DNA of 60,712 nucleotides from an uncultured Verrucomicrobiota bacterium (GCA_946623785.1 CAMORM010000002.1:1-60712); one strand, 5' to 3'; shown: positions 12,701 through 21,519, counted from the stretch's first letter. Translations and numbers: made by a program. Notes: generated by a model from the sequence alone, not told the origin.

Positions 12701-14066
12701 GAACCGCGCCTCCGAATACGCGGCGTTCAGCGGGATGAACAAGTTCCAGCGGTGCAGCGAGGACGAGACGCTGGCCGCGCTTTCAAGCCGCACGAACGAC
12801 CTGGACCTCGCGAAGGTGCACGTCAACGGCGGGCCTGTCCCGCTGGAAGACGGCGCCCTGCCGAAGGGCAAGAGCGTTTCGTGCGCGATGTGGGAGATAA
12901 CCAACACGCTCAGGTTCGGCGTGATTACGGACTTCAACAGCAGGTTCGTGGGCAGCAGGTACTTCTTCTGCATGGTCGGCAAGTCGGGCGAGGCGCTCAC
13001 ATGGGATTGGTTCGAGGAGTTTCCGTCGCGCGCGATCGGCGACACGATGCTGATGGCGGCCTGCCACGATCCGGACGCGGTGAACAACCTCGCGGTGCTG
13101 ATGCACGCCGGCGTGTGCAACCCGGGCTCGCGCAGCAGGCCGGCCGTGGAGAAGCTCCTCGAGTTCGCGGCGAATGGCGGGTGCGCGGCGGCGGCGGAGA
13201 ACCTGAAGGCTCTCCGCGGCGGGAACGGCGAGAAGGCGAAGGCCCCTCCGCCCCCTCCTGAGCTTGTGGGCTCGATGATGGGCGAGTACACGCAGGCGTG
13301 CGACATCTGGGACGAGCGCTGGGACCTGCCATTCCGCGAGAGGACGCCGATGCGCCACGTGTACTGCTGGAACGGCGCGGAGAGCACGGTGCGCATAACG
13401 GCCACGGTTGAGGCTCAGGAGGGCGAGCTCAGGTGGAAGCTCATACAGGGCGACCCGGAGAAGGTGCGCATAACGCCGCTCGGCAACGGAACGGGATCGG
13501 TGCGGGCGGAGATAGACTGGCACGGCGCGTACCTCGTGCGCGGGCGCGACGGCAAGACGCGCCGCACGACGCGCGTGGAGTTCGGCTGCGTGGCGGTGAA
13601 GGACGGCCTGGAGTCCGAGCCGTGCGTCGTGAGCGTGAGCGCGTCCCCGCACGCGACACGCGAATACGACGAGGCCGGGTGGCTGAGGAAGATAGACTAC
13701 AGGACGCCGCTCCTGAAGGGCAAGGTGTCTGCGCGCTTCCCGCTCGGCGACTGGGCCGACGTGTTCGAGTACACGCCAGACGGGCGGCTCGCGGGCTGGA
13801 CCCGCCTGCGCACGGACGAAAGCGGCGCGGAGGTGAAGGAGCACTTCACGCGCGACGGCCTCAAGATCCTGACCTACGACGCCATCGGGCGACCGCTCCG
13901 CTGCGAGCGCGACTATCGCGCCACGCTCTACCAGCGCACTGCGCGCGGCGAGCGGAGCGACCACTCGGGGTGCGTGCCCGAGCAGTTCGAGTACCGCTAT
14001 GGCGGCAAGGAGGACTTTCTTGGCCATGCGCGGCCGGCAGGCAGGCCCGCCGCCAGTCAGAGGTGA
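9720..14066 (+). CDS. Large secreted protein with a TPR/Sel1-like segment and two copies of a ~170-aa YD-like module
   Basis: 1448 aa with signal peptide MSRFPLSSLFALVLAAVAPVTLRAAE. Modules at nt 11670..12182 and 13419..13934 align along their whole length. YD-type strings are present (EYDPDGRP, ILTYDAIGRPL). The ATG lies 9 nt after TGGTATAAT. Confidence 0.75.
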   Translation: MSRFPLSSLFALVLAAVAPVTLRAAETKPVRSWSDPVLKVTFPRKLAGLEIRSRSTYGRGDLDYSLGYKSSDDDMSVNGEWLDVYVYTREGKDAVQENVESEASAALSMVRRLMEGHGASFSADSRRLVQVWDRTGFTNSVALCEYAGGKVGGRTASVISVTAHAGRFVKLRYSVPTGAGDYVPARRFGEICSALDSLFAESARREKMDVYAAEGAEALLEKLREKWPGAGETVSQWKMPGTVGLVAELDAASRWCAEEYAGRIKEFENVSRRGIESKTDPETWYYNLACALSMQKRADEAFEALEQAVAAGFDDAGHAEEDEDFANIKSDARFARLVAAMRVVAAKAPPLGVEPLHPAGGDCIVGEENVRYVHFAQSYLCAIDTADRKTVVYIGNDQGRAAPCEGLLTPSFEEEADDSGAIAETACFHFAYDPDGKGRELWCPTIVASAAGEEEDFFACIPATLAADGGDANREQCHEQWNVLGVYAAKGFGADGTDPLPFWSPGFIAHSGGAEDGDKFVKLAADIIRAMPFEVIEDGFPVGQLAQKIIRSSQKGVEGEEGFKSGLAMRPVLDFADVDVDRAVAAAKSLDPKRLPPLSPYFKNAGSAFSPPPMYVEFSMVHSAHHVGVLPNWLARRGVLDVELELVGEGVGVEWKVLAGDASRVSFEPAESGHTRICIDWHDPFEEEFPSGRRLKSARVDIGCFAVRDGVASMPSVVSVYFPPTQHREYDPDGRPRFVDYTDRKWPGILFGACPRGDWRDEPHYFGDKEGELTGWTRYRTSADGGVSTEEFTEDGLVVMTRDELGRPKRCRKDLRAEWYQTLPAYPDAKEVDEAYTLLSAKYDTLSEPPEGDNATTLVWEYDYGEANGTKKLRPVAPVRFRRRPELCPAADFGAESGFGLPLLAQVRIGYGIYSEYKAGRVPQPPSARTKLRFAKGVPSDKSRWPADADEFEEEAAKHLHELADGACRATANAGGGNEGPGEYISVEWTRFTLNRASEYAAFSGMNKFQRCSEDETLAALSSRTNDLDLAKVHVNGGPVPLEDGALPKGKSVSCAMWEITNTLRFGVITDFNSRFVGSRYFFCMVGKSGEALTWDWFEEFPSRAIGDTMLMAACHDPDAVNNLAVLMHAGVCNPGSRSRPAVEKLLEFAANGGCAAAAENLKALRGGNGEKAKAPPPPPELVGSMMGEYTQACDIWDERWDLPFRERTPMRHVYCWNGAESTVRITATVEAQEGELRWKLIQGDPEKVRITPLGNGTGSVRAEIDWHGAYLVRGRDGKTRRTTRVEFGCVAVKDGLESEPCVVSVSASPHATREYDEAGWLRKIDYRTPLLKGKVSARFPLGDWADVFEYTPDGRLAGWTRLRTDESGAEVKEHFTRDGLKILTYDAIGRPLRCERDYRATLYQRTARGERSDHSGCVPEQFEYRYGGKEDFLGHARPAGRPAASQR

Positions 14067-14295
14067 CTGCCGCGGACCGTGTTTCCCCGGCGGTGAACAA
14101 GCCGCATTTCGCGCTTGCATCGGCAGCGGGGAAATAGTAAACTACGCGCCTGATTTCCCCAGCCGGAGGAGGATCACGGTGATCGTCCACGGCGGAAGCG
14201 AACGACGCGCGGGTCTCCAACCCCGCCGCCAAAGCGGATTAACCCGGGAAAGGACGATGGAATCGCGTTCTTCCCAAAAAACAAGGTTCAGAAAA

Positions 14296-15273
14296 ATGGA
14301 CATGCCCACCTCGGCCCTTACGGGTCTCACGATCAAGGATCTCTTCGACGCCGGACTGCACTTCGGCCACCAGACCAAGCGCTGGAACCCGAAGATGAAG
14401 TCGTACATCTTCGACAAGCGCGAGGGGATCCACATCATCGACCTCACCCAGACGGTCGCGCTTCTCGACGAGGCGGCGGAGTTCCTCCGCAAGACCGTTC
14501 TCGACGGCAAGAAGATCCTCTTCGTGGCCACCAAGAAGCAGGCGCAGGAGATCGTCCGCAACGCCGCGGAGAGCTGCAAGCAGTACTACGTGACCGAGCG
14601 CTGGCTCGGCGGCACGCTCACGAACAACAAGACTCTCCGCCAGAGCGTCAAGCGCATGCGCACGCTCGAGGCGATCGGCCGCGCCAACGGCGGCGAGCTC
14701 TCCAAGCACAAGCAGGAGGCCTCCGCGCTCCGTCGCGAGCTCGCGAAGCTCCAGAAGAACCTCACGGGCGTCGCCGATATGACCGAGATGCCCGGCGCGA
14801 TCTTCATCGTGGACGTGATCCGCGAGGCGAACGCCGTCAAGGAGGCTTCGCGCCTCCACATCCCGATCGTGGCCATTACCGACACCAACGCCGATCCCGA
14901 TCCGATCGACTACGTGATCCCCGGCAACGACGACGCGGTGCGCGGCATCGAGCTCATCGCCAACGCCCTCGCGAACGTCGTGAAGACGGCCGAGGCCGAG
15001 TATTCCGCCCGCGCCGCCGAGGAGCAGAAGGTCCGCGCCGCCGAGCGCGAGCAGGAAGAGGCGAAGGCGAAGGCCGAGCGCGCAGCAGCCCGCGAGGCTT
15101 CCCGCGCTGCGAAGGCCGCCGCCCCGAAGGCATCCGCGAAGAAGGCCGGCGGAGTCGACGCCAAGGTGAAGGCTGCCGCGAAGGCCGCGAAGGAGGCCGC
15201 CGAGGCGAAGGCGAAGGCCGCGAAGGCCGCCGCCGCCGAGGCTCCTGCCGCCGAAGCGCCCAAGGCGGAGTAA
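14296..15273 (+). CDS. rpsB: 30S ribosomal protein S2 with a long Ala/Lys/Glu-rich C-terminal tail
   Basis: ORF 13999..15273 trimmed to ATG 14296 (MDMPTSALTGLTIKDLFDAGLHFGHQTKRWNPKM). ATG 14257 or 14302 are possible alternatives. The last ~100 aa are low complexity (AKAKAERAAAREASRAAKAAAPKASAKK...). Confidence 0.92.
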   Translation: MDMPTSALTGLTIKDLFDAGLHFGHQTKRWNPKMKSYIFDKREGIHIIDLTQTVALLDEAAEFLRKTVLDGKKILFVATKKQAQEIVRNAAESCKQYYVTERWLGGTLTNNKTLRQSVKRMRTLEAIGRANGGELSKHKQEASALRRELAKLQKNLTGVADMTEMPGAIFIVDVIREANAVKEASRLHIPIVAITDTNADPDPIDYVIPGNDDAVRGIELIANALANVVKTAEAEYSARAAEEQKVRAAEREQEEAKAKAERAAAREASRAAKAAAPKASAKKAGGVDAKVKAAAKAAKEAAEAKAKAAKAAAAEAPAAEAPKAE

Positions 15274-15276
15274 GTA

Positions 15277-15311
15277 GTTCAAAGTTCAAAGTTTAAAGTT
15301 TAAAGTTTAGA
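15277..15311 (+). repeat. Five tandem heptamers in the rpsB-tsf spacer
   Basis: GTTCAAA GTTCAAA GTTTAAA GTTTAAA GTTTAGA. Starts 4 nt after the rpsB stop and ends 10 nt before the tsf ATG. Confidence 0.9.
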
Positions 15312-15321
15312 GGAAGAGAAA

Positions 15322-16167
15322 ATGGCTATCACAATTGCACAGATCAAGGAGCTCCGCGAGGCCACTTCGGCCGGAATGGGAGCCTGCAAGGAAGCGCTCA
15401 ACGCAACGAACGGCGACATGCAGGAGGCGATCAAGTACCTTCGCGAGAAGGGCCTCGCCGTTGCCGCCAAGCGCGTCGACAAGGAGTCCAAGGAGGGCAT
15501 TGTCGCCCTTGCCTCCGCCGCCGACGGCAAGACGCTCGCGCTCGCGGAAGTCAACTGCGAGACGGACTTCGTGGCGAAGACCGAGGCGTTCGTGAAGTTC
15601 GTGAACGACGCGGCGAAGGTCGCGCTTGAGGGCAAGGACATCGCCGAGACGCTCAAGGACGACTACCAGATGCTGCTCACCAAGACGGGCGAGAACGTCA
15701 AGATCCGGCGCGCGGAGCGCTACGCCCTCGAGGGGACGGGCTGCGTTTCCGGATACATCCACATGGGCGGCAAAATCGGCGTGCTCGTGGAGCTCGGGTG
15801 CGGCAAGGCCGAGACGGCGGACAAGGCGGAGTTCAAGGAGCTCGCTCACATGATCTGCCTCCAGGTCGCAGCTTCCGCGCCGAAGTACGTCAAGGCCGAG
15901 GACATCCCGCAGGCCGAGATCGACGCCGAGCTCGAGATCAAGCTCAACGCGCTCAAGGAGCAGAAGGGCAAGCTTCCTCCCGAGCAGGCGCTCGTGGGCA
16001 TCAAGAAGGGCATGGCCGCGAAGTTCGCCACGCAGATCGCCCTCCTGAAGCAGGACTACGTCGTGAATCCCGACGTCAACGTCGAGAAGTACATCGAGTC
16101 CGTGGCGAAGGAGCTTGGCGACACTGTTTCCGTGAAGCGCTTCGCGCGCCTCCAGCTCGGCGCCTGA
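15322..16167 (+). CDS. tsf: Elongation factor Ts
   Basis: N-terminus MAITIAQIKELREATSAGMGACKEALNATNGDMQEAIKYLREKG is a typical EF-Ts UBA-like N-terminus. It follows rpsB as in the conserved rpsB-tsf operon. Confidence 0.95.
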   Translation: MAITIAQIKELREATSAGMGACKEALNATNGDMQEAIKYLREKGLAVAAKRVDKESKEGIVALASAADGKTLALAEVNCETDFVAKTEAFVKFVNDAAKVALEGKDIAETLKDDYQMLLTKTGENVKIRRAERYALEGTGCVSGYIHMGGKIGVLVELGCGKAETADKAEFKELAHMICLQVAASAPKYVKAEDIPQAEIDAELEIKLNALKEQKGKLPPEQALVGIKKGMAAKFATQIALLKQDYVVNPDVNVEKYIESVAKELGDTVSVKRFARLQLGA

Positions 16168-16198
16168 AGATAGGCTGAAAACGCCGCGCCCGCGACGC

Positions 16199-16241
16199 AG
16201 GGCCCTGCTTCCCGTTTCGGGGGCGGGGCCCTTTCTTTTTT
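16199..16241 (+). terminator. Rho-independent terminator of the rpsB-tsf operon
   Basis: Stem AGGGCCC / GGGCCCT (16199..16205 and 16226..16232), followed by TTCTTTTTT. Confidence 0.75.
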
Positions 16242-16271
16242 CCATTTTCGGTTTCCCGCCGGTGGATTATT

Positions 16272-16280
16272 TGGTAGAAT
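16272..16280 (+). promoter_or_regulatory. Extended -10 box TGGTAGAAT upstream of the kinase-sigma pair
   Basis: 19-nt spacer to ATG 16300 containing GGAGAG. Lies just after the tsf terminator. Confidence 0.5.
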
Positions 16281-16299
16281 ACTGTCGCAGGAGAGAACT

Positions 16300-17652
16300 A
16301 TGTCGGAAGAACAGCAGATAAAATCCGTGGGGGAGTGGCGCATCGAGCGTTTGCTTGGCGCTGGCGGGGCTTCCGAGGTCTACGAGGTGGAGCACTCCGT
16401 CTACGGCATAAGGCGGGCGCTGAAGCTCTTCAAGCCAACGGAGGAAGTCGCGAAGGACCGGGAGAAGTTCCGCATCCTCAAGGAGCGTTTCATTGCCGAG
16501 GGGAAGATTCTCGCGAAGATATCGCATCCGCGCGTGGTGCGCGTGCACGAATACGGTTCCGACGAGGAGGCCGGGGCGACGTATTTCGTGATGGACCTCA
16601 TCACCGACGAAAAGGGCGGCGCGGCGCGCACCCTTGCGGACGCGTATGCGGACGGAGTGGACCCAGACCAGGTGGCGGTGTGGTACGAGGACCTTCGAGA
16701 GGGGCTTGCCTACATCCATTCGCAGAAGATAGTCCACCGCGACCTCAAGCTCGAAAACGTGCTGATCGGCCCGGACGGACACGCCGTTCTGACCGACTTC
16801 GGGATTTCGCGCGTCCTCGACCGAGACCTCCGGGAGGAGCTCCGCATCGGGATGGTCACGAGCATTTCCGCCGAGAAGGACTCGATGCGCCTCAAGATGG
16901 GGAGCCGCGGATACTTCTCGCCCGAGCTCGAGCGCGGGGAGGAGGCAACGCCCGCGAGCGACTGGTATGCGCTGGGCGTGGTGGTGTTCCGCCTGCTGAC
17001 CGGAATCTGGTATGAGCCGGGCATGGACATCGTCCAGATGCTCGACACATACGATCCGCTTTGGACCAGGATTGTGCCCAAGCTGCTTGCGGACCGCGTG
17101 CAGGCGCGGAGCTGCCTTTCGTGGCGAGAGCTTGACGAAAAGCGCCGGATGGAAGACGCGGTTGCGATGGAAAACGCGCTTCGCGCCGCCAGAAGGACGC
17201 GTCGCCACGCAATCCGCTACGCAATCGCCGCATTAGCGGCGGCTTTGGCCGCCGGAGTGTTTGCCGTGGTGGTGTCGGTGTTGCTCTACCGCGCCCGCGC
17301 GCGCCTTGCGATCCCGGGCATTTCCGACGTCTGCTTTGTGTCGCCAGACGCGCCGACGATCGAGCGCCCCGGAGTGCCGTCGCGGCTTCAGCAGATTTCG
17401 GCGTTGGGGGACGCGATGTTCCTCATGCACGAGACGTTCGACAACCTCCGCGAGGGGCGCATAACCCTGGAGGCAGCGACGGCCGAGATCCGCCAGCTTG
17501 CGAAGGAAGCGGAGGGCGATGAAGTCAGTGCGCTTTTCGAAAGCTACTACGACAGGTATGCGACGAACTACGACGACATGGGCGACACGAATCCGCTTGT
17601 CTACCTCTTGAACCAGACGGTGAAGCGAATGGAAGAATTCTCCAGTAAATGA
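16300..17652 (+). CDS. Ser/Thr protein kinase with a C-terminal TM anchor and extracytoplasmic tail
   Basis: Hanks kinase motifs GAGGASEVY, ALKLF, HRDLKLENVLI and DFGISR, followed by the TM helix AIAALAAALAAGVFAVVVSVLLY. Confidence 0.9.
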   Translation: MSEEQQIKSVGEWRIERLLGAGGASEVYEVEHSVYGIRRALKLFKPTEEVAKDREKFRILKERFIAEGKILAKISHPRVVRVHEYGSDEEAGATYFVMDLITDEKGGAARTLADAYADGVDPDQVAVWYEDLREGLAYIHSQKIVHRDLKLENVLIGPDGHAVLTDFGISRVLDRDLREELRIGMVTSISAEKDSMRLKMGSRGYFSPELERGEEATPASDWYALGVVVFRLLTGIWYEPGMDIVQMLDTYDPLWTRIVPKLLADRVQARSCLSWRELDEKRRMEDAVAMENALRAARRTRRHAIRYAIAALAAALAAGVFAVVVSVLLYRARARLAIPGISDVCFVSPDAPTIERPGVPSRLQQISALGDAMFLMHETFDNLREGRITLEAATAEIRQLAKEAEGDEVSALFESYYDRYATNYDDMGDTNPLVYLLNQTVKRMEEFSSK

Positions 17653-18266
17653 GCACTGCCTTTCCAGTAACGTCCATAACCCTTATCCAGGAGTTCAAGG
17701 CTATGCCTCCTGGCGGCGACGAGGCACACTGGGTCCGGTTCTGGGACCTTTACGCCCCGGCAATGCGCCAGTTCGCCGTGTGGAAAGGCGGCGAGAAGAA
17801 CGCGGACGACATCGTAATGAAGGTCTTCGAGAAGCTGGTGGACGTGCTTCGCAACGGCAAGTACGACCCTGCCGCCGGCCGGTTCCACTCGTATCTCGCC
17901 ACGATGATCAGCAACGAGGTGCACATGCAGCACCGCAAGGACGAGGTGCGCCGCCAGGACGACCACGTGACACTCGACAGCGGCATATCCGAGACGATTC
18001 TCGACGGCGGCGCGGATGCCGTGGAGCAGATCGACGCCGACTGGCAGCGGGCTGTTCTTGCGGCGGCTGTGGAGCATGTGCTTACGAAGTCGGCGCTTTC
18101 CGACAGGGACCGCAAGGTCTACCGCGCATACGTTCAGGAAAACAAGCCCATAGAAAAGGTTGCCGCCGAGTTCGGCATAACGCGCAACCTGGTCAGCCAG
18201 ATCAAGACGCGCATCGAGCGCAGAATCGCCGCAATTGGACGCCAGCTGGCGGCACCGCACGGCTGA
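17649..18266 (+). CDS. ECF-type sigma-70 family factor
   Basis: The start ATG overlaps the kinase stop (ATGA). Region-2-like segment: DDIVMKVFEKLVDVL..FHSYLATMISNEV. Region-4 HTH: IEKVAAEFGITRNLVSQIKTRIERRI. Confidence 0.75.
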   Translation: MSTAFPVTSITLIQEFKAMPPGGDEAHWVRFWDLYAPAMRQFAVWKGGEKNADDIVMKVFEKLVDVLRNGKYDPAAGRFHSYLATMISNEVHMQHRKDEVRRQDDHVTLDSGISETILDGGADAVEQIDADWQRAVLAAAVEHVLTKSALSDRDRKVYRAYVQENKPIEKVAAEFGITRNLVSQIKTRIERRIAAIGRQLAAPHG

Positions 18267-18541
18267 GGGGGTGCAAATGGTCCGCGCATCCGAAAATCAC
18301 CGTTTCAAGATACACGAAAGCCCGGTTCAAAACTTCCGCTGCATTTCTGCTCGCGGCCTAGGTTTGTTTCGAGCCGGACTTTTCGTTTGGCGGAGAAATG
18401 AAGTAAACCGCCGGAACCACACGAATGTATGCGCTAGCGGGAATCTGATGACAAAAAAATCACAGAAATTTTTTCGGGGTTTTAAAATGGCAGAAAAACA
18501 CAACATTGATTCGATTTTTGTGCTGTTTGGGAGGGTGCGAC

Positions 18542-19657
18542 ATGTATTCTAAACGCTGTATCGTCACAGGAGGGGCCGGCTTTATAGGTTCTGCGCTCGT
18601 TCGCAAGCTGATTCGCGAGACGGATGCAACGGTTCTGGTGGTGGACAAACTCACCTACGCAGGCGTTCCGGAGTCGCTCAAGGAGGCTGGGCTTGACCCG
18701 TCGGTTGACATAATGCCGATCATAGACGCCTCTGTTTTCGCCGCGCCCCGCCGGCTTTTCTTCTTCAAGGCCGACATCTGCGACCAGGCGGCGATGGATC
18801 TGGCGTTCGAACTGTTCCGTCCCGACACGATCTACCACCTTGCCGCCGAATCGCATGTCGACCGCTCGATAGACGGTCCGGGGGAGTTCATCCGAACGAA
18901 CGTTACGGGAACGGCAACGCTCCTGCAGGCGGCGCTCAAGTACTGGAAGGCGCTTCCGGGCGACGCGGCGCGCGCTGCGTTCAGGTTCCAGCACATCTCA
19001 ACCGACGAAGTCTACGGCACGCTTGGCGACAGCGGGTTCTTCACGGAGAAGACCCCGTATTCGCCGCATTCGCCATACAGCGCCAGCAAGGCGGCGAGCG
19101 ACCATCTCGTCCGCGCATGGCACGACACCTACGGGCTGCCCACTCTGATCACGAACTGCTCTAACAACTACGGGCCGTACCACTTCCCTGAGAAGCTGAT
19201 TCCGCTCGTCATACTCAACTGCCTGGACGGCAAGCCGCTTCCAGTGTACGGCAAGGGCGCGAACGTGCGCGACTGGCTGTATGTGGACGACCATGCGGCC
19301 GCGCTCATGCTTGTGAACGAAAAGGGCGTTCCCGGCGAGACGTACAACGTGGGCGGGCACAACGAGCGCACGAACCTCGAGGTCGTCAGGAAGGTCTGCG
19401 AGATACTCGACGAACTGCGTCCGCGGGCCGACGGCTCGCGGTACGATTCGCTGATTGAATTCGTCAGGGACCGTCCGGGACACGACCTGCGCTACGCAAT
19501 CGATCCCGCCAAGCTCATGACGGAACTCGGCTGGAGGCCATCCGAGAACTTCGGCACCGGCATACGCAGGACAGTGCGCTGGTATCTCGACAACGAATGG
19601 TGGTGGGGTCCGATCCACCGCAACCGCTATGCCGGCGAACGGCTCGGCAAAGGATGA
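18542..19657 (+). CDS. rfbB: dTDP-glucose 4,6-dehydratase
   Basis: ORF trimmed to ATG 18542 after GGGAGGG. Rossmann motif GGAGFIGS, plus HISTDEVYG and the catalytic YSASK. Confidence 0.9.
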   Translation: MYSKRCIVTGGAGFIGSALVRKLIRETDATVLVVDKLTYAGVPESLKEAGLDPSVDIMPIIDASVFAAPRRLFFFKADICDQAAMDLAFELFRPDTIYHLAAESHVDRSIDGPGEFIRTNVTGTATLLQAALKYWKALPGDAARAAFRFQHISTDEVYGTLGDSGFFTEKTPYSPHSPYSASKAASDHLVRAWHDTYGLPTLITNCSNNYGPYHFPEKLIPLVILNCLDGKPLPVYGKGANVRDWLYVDDHAAALMLVNEKGVPGETYNVGGHNERTNLEVVRKVCEILDELRPRADGSRYDSLIEFVRDRPGHDLRYAIDPAKLMTELGWRPSENFGTGIRRTVRWYLDNEWWWGPIHRNRYAGERLGKG

Positions 19658-19670
19658 CAGGAGGAATGAA

Positions 19671-20339
19671 ATGAAGAAGAACATCAAGGCGCTCGCCATT
19701 GCTGCTGTTCTTGCGCTTGCGGCATGCGCCGCCTGGCTTGCGCTGCGCGCGCCCCGTCCGGAAGGTGGAGACAATCAGCGGGGGGACGGCCCTGCGGCGA
19801 AAGGAAGAATTGCCGAAGTGCGCCCAAGCGGCGCGAACAGGCCAAAGTCCGCAGCGGAGTCGGCCGAACGGCCTGGCGGAGATCCGGAAAAGGCCGAGGC
19901 TCAGGAAGGCGAGAATGGCGACGAGCCGGAGGAGCTTTCGGAGGAGGACAGGCGCGAAAGGGAAGCGGAGGCGCGCGTCAACGCGTTCGACGACATGACC
20001 GACAAGTTCATGGAAACCGAGGAAGGCTGCAAGGCGGTGACGATGGACGACGTGAAGAAGTTCCGCGAACTGTTCAAAAAGGTGCCAAAGGAGCGCAAGG
20101 AGGAATGCCTGCACCGCGCGCTGAACCTCCTTCCCGACGACAACGTGATGCTGCTTGCCGGAATCCTCATGGACAAGGAAGAGGACAAGGAGCTGGTGGA
20201 GCTCGTCTTCAACGACATCCTCAACCGCGACGAGTCCGTGAAGCAGGTGCTTCTCAAGGAGATAATCAAGGACAAGACCCATCCATGCTGGGCTGATACG
20301 GCCTGGATACTCGACGTGACAGGCAAGGGCAAGGAGTGA
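19671..20339 (+). CDS. Hypothetical N-terminally anchored protein with an acidic linker and a helical-repeat C-terminus
   Basis: ATG 19671 lies 6 nt after AGGAGG. Signal/anchor MKKNIKALAIAAVLALAACAAWL. No recognisable catalytic motif. Confidence 0.6.
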   Translation: MKKNIKALAIAAVLALAACAAWLALRAPRPEGGDNQRGDGPAAKGRIAEVRPSGANRPKSAAESAERPGGDPEKAEAQEGENGDEPEELSEEDRREREAEARVNAFDDMTDKFMETEEGCKAVTMDDVKKFRELFKKVPKERKEECLHRALNLLPDDNVMLLAGILMDKEEDKELVELVFNDILNRDESVKQVLLKEIIKDKTHPCWADTAWILDVTGKGKE

Positions 20340-21478
20340 AGGACACGGGAGCCGCTGCGCCAAATCTCTACGTGCATTTCCCGTTCTGCCGCAGGAAGTG
20401 CGCGTACTGTGCTCTGCGTTCATCCGCTGGCTCCACGCCCGCAATGCGCGCGAACCATGTTTCACGCGCCGTCAAATGTGTTTCAGGCGTTGAGGACCGC
20501 CGCTTCAGGACCGTCTACTTCGGCGGCGGAACGCCGGCGCTCTGCGACCTGCGTCCGTTCCGGGGGCTCTTTCCCGAGGACGCCGAGTTTACGGCCGAAC
20601 TCCATCCGCTTGACGCAACGGACGAAAAGCTGGACGAGCTCAAGTCAATCGGGGTCAACCGCATTTCGCTCGGCGTGCAGAGCTTCTGCGACACGACTCT
20701 CGCCTCGATGGAACGGCTTCATTCTTCCGAGGAGGCCGTTCGCGCCTTCCGGAGAATCCGCGGGGCCGGCTTTCTGAACTCGGGACTCGACCTGATAGTC
20801 GGATGGCCGGGAGACAAGGGGGCGCTCGATTCCGCCAGGCGCGCAGTGGACCTCGGGGCGGTGCATGTAAGCGTTTATACGCTGATTGTCGAGCCGGGGA
20901 CTCCCCTTGCCGGGAAGGCGGGTGGCAAGGGATTTGAAATCCCTTCAGACGACGCGACTCTCGACGTTCTTTCGTCGGTGCGCGGCATCCTGTCCGAGGC
21001 TGGAATCGCCCGCTACGAAATATCGAACTACGCTAAGCCTGGGTTCGAATGCCGTCACAATCTTGCTGTGTGGCATGGCGAGGACTACCTGGGAATCGGC
21101 CCGGGCGCGTATTCCAGGGTTGGACGCAGAAGGTGGCATGTGGCCGAAGGCGAGGATGCTGACGGCGGCGGATGGCGGAAAGTCGGCGAGGCGACGCTTG
21201 ACGCCGCTCAGGATGCGCGCGAAAGGGCGCTTTTCGCGCTACGCCTTGCAGATGGCCTCGATTTCGTCCGCGCCGAGCGCCTTTTCAAGCCGTCGGCTGA
21301 CGAACCCGATGCCAGGCAAAGGCAGGTCGAGGAATGGAAAACCACGCTTGAGGCCTGGCGCACGCGGCTTGATGCGCTTGTTGCGGAGGGGATAGTAAGA
21401 AGATTGTCAAAGATGCGCTATGTGCTTACGGACCGCGGTTTTGAGGTGTGCGATGCCGTTGCCGCCGAGTTGATTTAA
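20336..21478 (+). CDS. hemW: Radical SAM HemW/HemN-like heme chaperone
   Basis: The GTG start overlaps the upstream stop (GTGA). CxxxCxxC cluster motif in LYVHFPFCRRKCAYC. Length and C-terminal domain fit HemW. Confidence 0.85.
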   Translation: MKDTGAAAPNLYVHFPFCRRKCAYCALRSSAGSTPAMRANHVSRAVKCVSGVEDRRFRTVYFGGGTPALCDLRPFRGLFPEDAEFTAELHPLDATDEKLDELKSIGVNRISLGVQSFCDTTLASMERLHSSEEAVRAFRRIRGAGFLNSGLDLIVGWPGDKGALDSARRAVDLGAVHVSVYTLIVEPGTPLAGKAGGKGFEIPSDDATLDVLSSVRGILSEAGIARYEISNYAKPGFECRHNLAVWHGEDYLGIGPGAYSRVGRRRWHVAEGEDADGGGWRKVGEATLDAAQDARERALFALRLADGLDFVRAERLFKPSADEPDARQRQVEEWKTTLEAWRTRLDALVAEGIVRRLSKMRYVLTDRGFEVCDAVAAELI

Positions 21479-21510
21479 GATAATTAAGGTAGATATATAA
21501 CCGAAATTTG

Positions 21511-21519
21511 TGGTATAAT
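21511..21519 (+). promoter_or_regulatory. Extended -10 box TGGTATAAT, 7 nt before ATG 21527 (leaderless candidate)
   Basis: Exact motif within an AT-rich intergenic region. Confidence 0.6.

Noticed and set aside
13999-14295. N-terminal extension of the rpsB ORF (track start 13999), and similar extensions of clpB (71), cysK (2726), the response regulator (22669), the TPR protein (27959) and the HEAT-like protein (54963).
   Set aside because: The extensions run through terminators, promoters or the preceding gene. Conserved N-termini with an RBS or -10 box begin at the internal ATGs.
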